Under the pieces are notes generated by a model. That model was not told the origin of the DNA. It saw nothing but the letters and a program-made list of their open reading frames with translations, and made no database searches. 64,000 bases of DNA, from sequence record NC_042098.1, one strand, 5' to 3'. Numbering within the stretch: position 1 is the first letter of the stretch; every line of letters starts with the position of its first letter. Below, piece by piece: positions 63,600 through 64,000 of this stretch. Both the position numbers and the translations under genes were made by a program.

Positions 63600-64000
63600 A
63601 TGACAGATAGCACTACAGCGCAGAGCCCGACCGTGACGTTAGACCAAGTCATTGCGTCAGGCGGCCAGATTGTCTTCCTGGACAATGGGCAACTGAAAAG
63701 CTTTCCTGTCTCTCAGATCACTGACTTACTGAAAAGCGGCATGTCTACTGACGTGTTGGGTCAGGCTGATTCTCTGAGTATGTTTGGTCAGGTGGAGTCG
63801 TTCGAGGCTCTACGTAAGCTTAAGCCACAGAAAGAAGGTGCACGCATCTCTCTTCGTGGTTGGAACAAAGGCAGTTGTCTGGGTGGTGGTGAGTTCATTG
63901 GTCATCTCGTCACCAAAGAGCTTAAAGCCCGTCCAGATGATGGCGGTATGATTGCAGCCGGTAGCGGGTTCTTCTGGGAACGTGTGTGCTCAGATTGCGG
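63600..64000 (+). CDS. Tailspike/depolymerase-like protein, N-terminal part (truncated by window end; not in ORF track)
   Basis: Hand translation gives SFEALRKLKPQKEGARISLRGW...GGGEF...DDGGMI...WER, the particle-binding domain pattern of enterobacterial tailspikes; AGAGGA RBS. Confidence 0.7.
   Translation, partial: MTDSTTAQSPTVTLDQVIASGGQIVFLDNGQLKSFPVSQITDLLKSGMSTDVLGQADSLSMFGQVESFEALRKLKPQKEGARISLRGWNKGSCLGGGEFIGHLVTKELKARPDDGGMIAAGSGFFWERVCSDC

Noticed and set aside
1-64000. Stop-codon reassignment
   Set aside because: TAA, TAG (e.g. 33109, 52271) and TGA (e.g. 34363, 37744) all end genes in tightly packed operons, and long ORFs are intact under code 11

Overview
This window is part of a phiKZ-like (Chimalliviridae, nucleus-forming) jumbo phage genome; the host is probably a gammaproteobacterium (inference). 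1-31.3 kb is the conserved core block: non-virion RNA polymerase beta N-terminal subunit, a Gln/Met/Pro-rich 827-aa protein, probable portal, baseplate/tail proteins, RuvC-like resolvase, overlapping i-/o-spanins, four paralogous tail fibre/baseplate proteins, central spike and an SbcC/Rad50-like ATPase. 31.3-64 kb is a + strand accessory region: signal-peptide lytic transglycosylase, GNAT, SspB, TPM-like/LemA-like pair, RtcB, Kelch-like protein, proteasome-beta-like pair, HNH endonuclease, DEDD exonuclease, ThyA, HD protein and a truncated tailspike-like gene. The most unusual signals are (i) a stand-alone protein carrying a degenerate RNAP beta-prime switch-2/dock segment (59888-60172), (ii) 15 intergenic hairpins carrying a strand-specific TTATGCCG-like tail, (iii) a probably inactive prohead-protease paralog, SspB and proteasome-like genes suggesting proteolysis hijacking, and (iv) a duplicated insertion module in ThyA. 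All family assignments were made by eye from remembered motifs and synteny; no searches were run.
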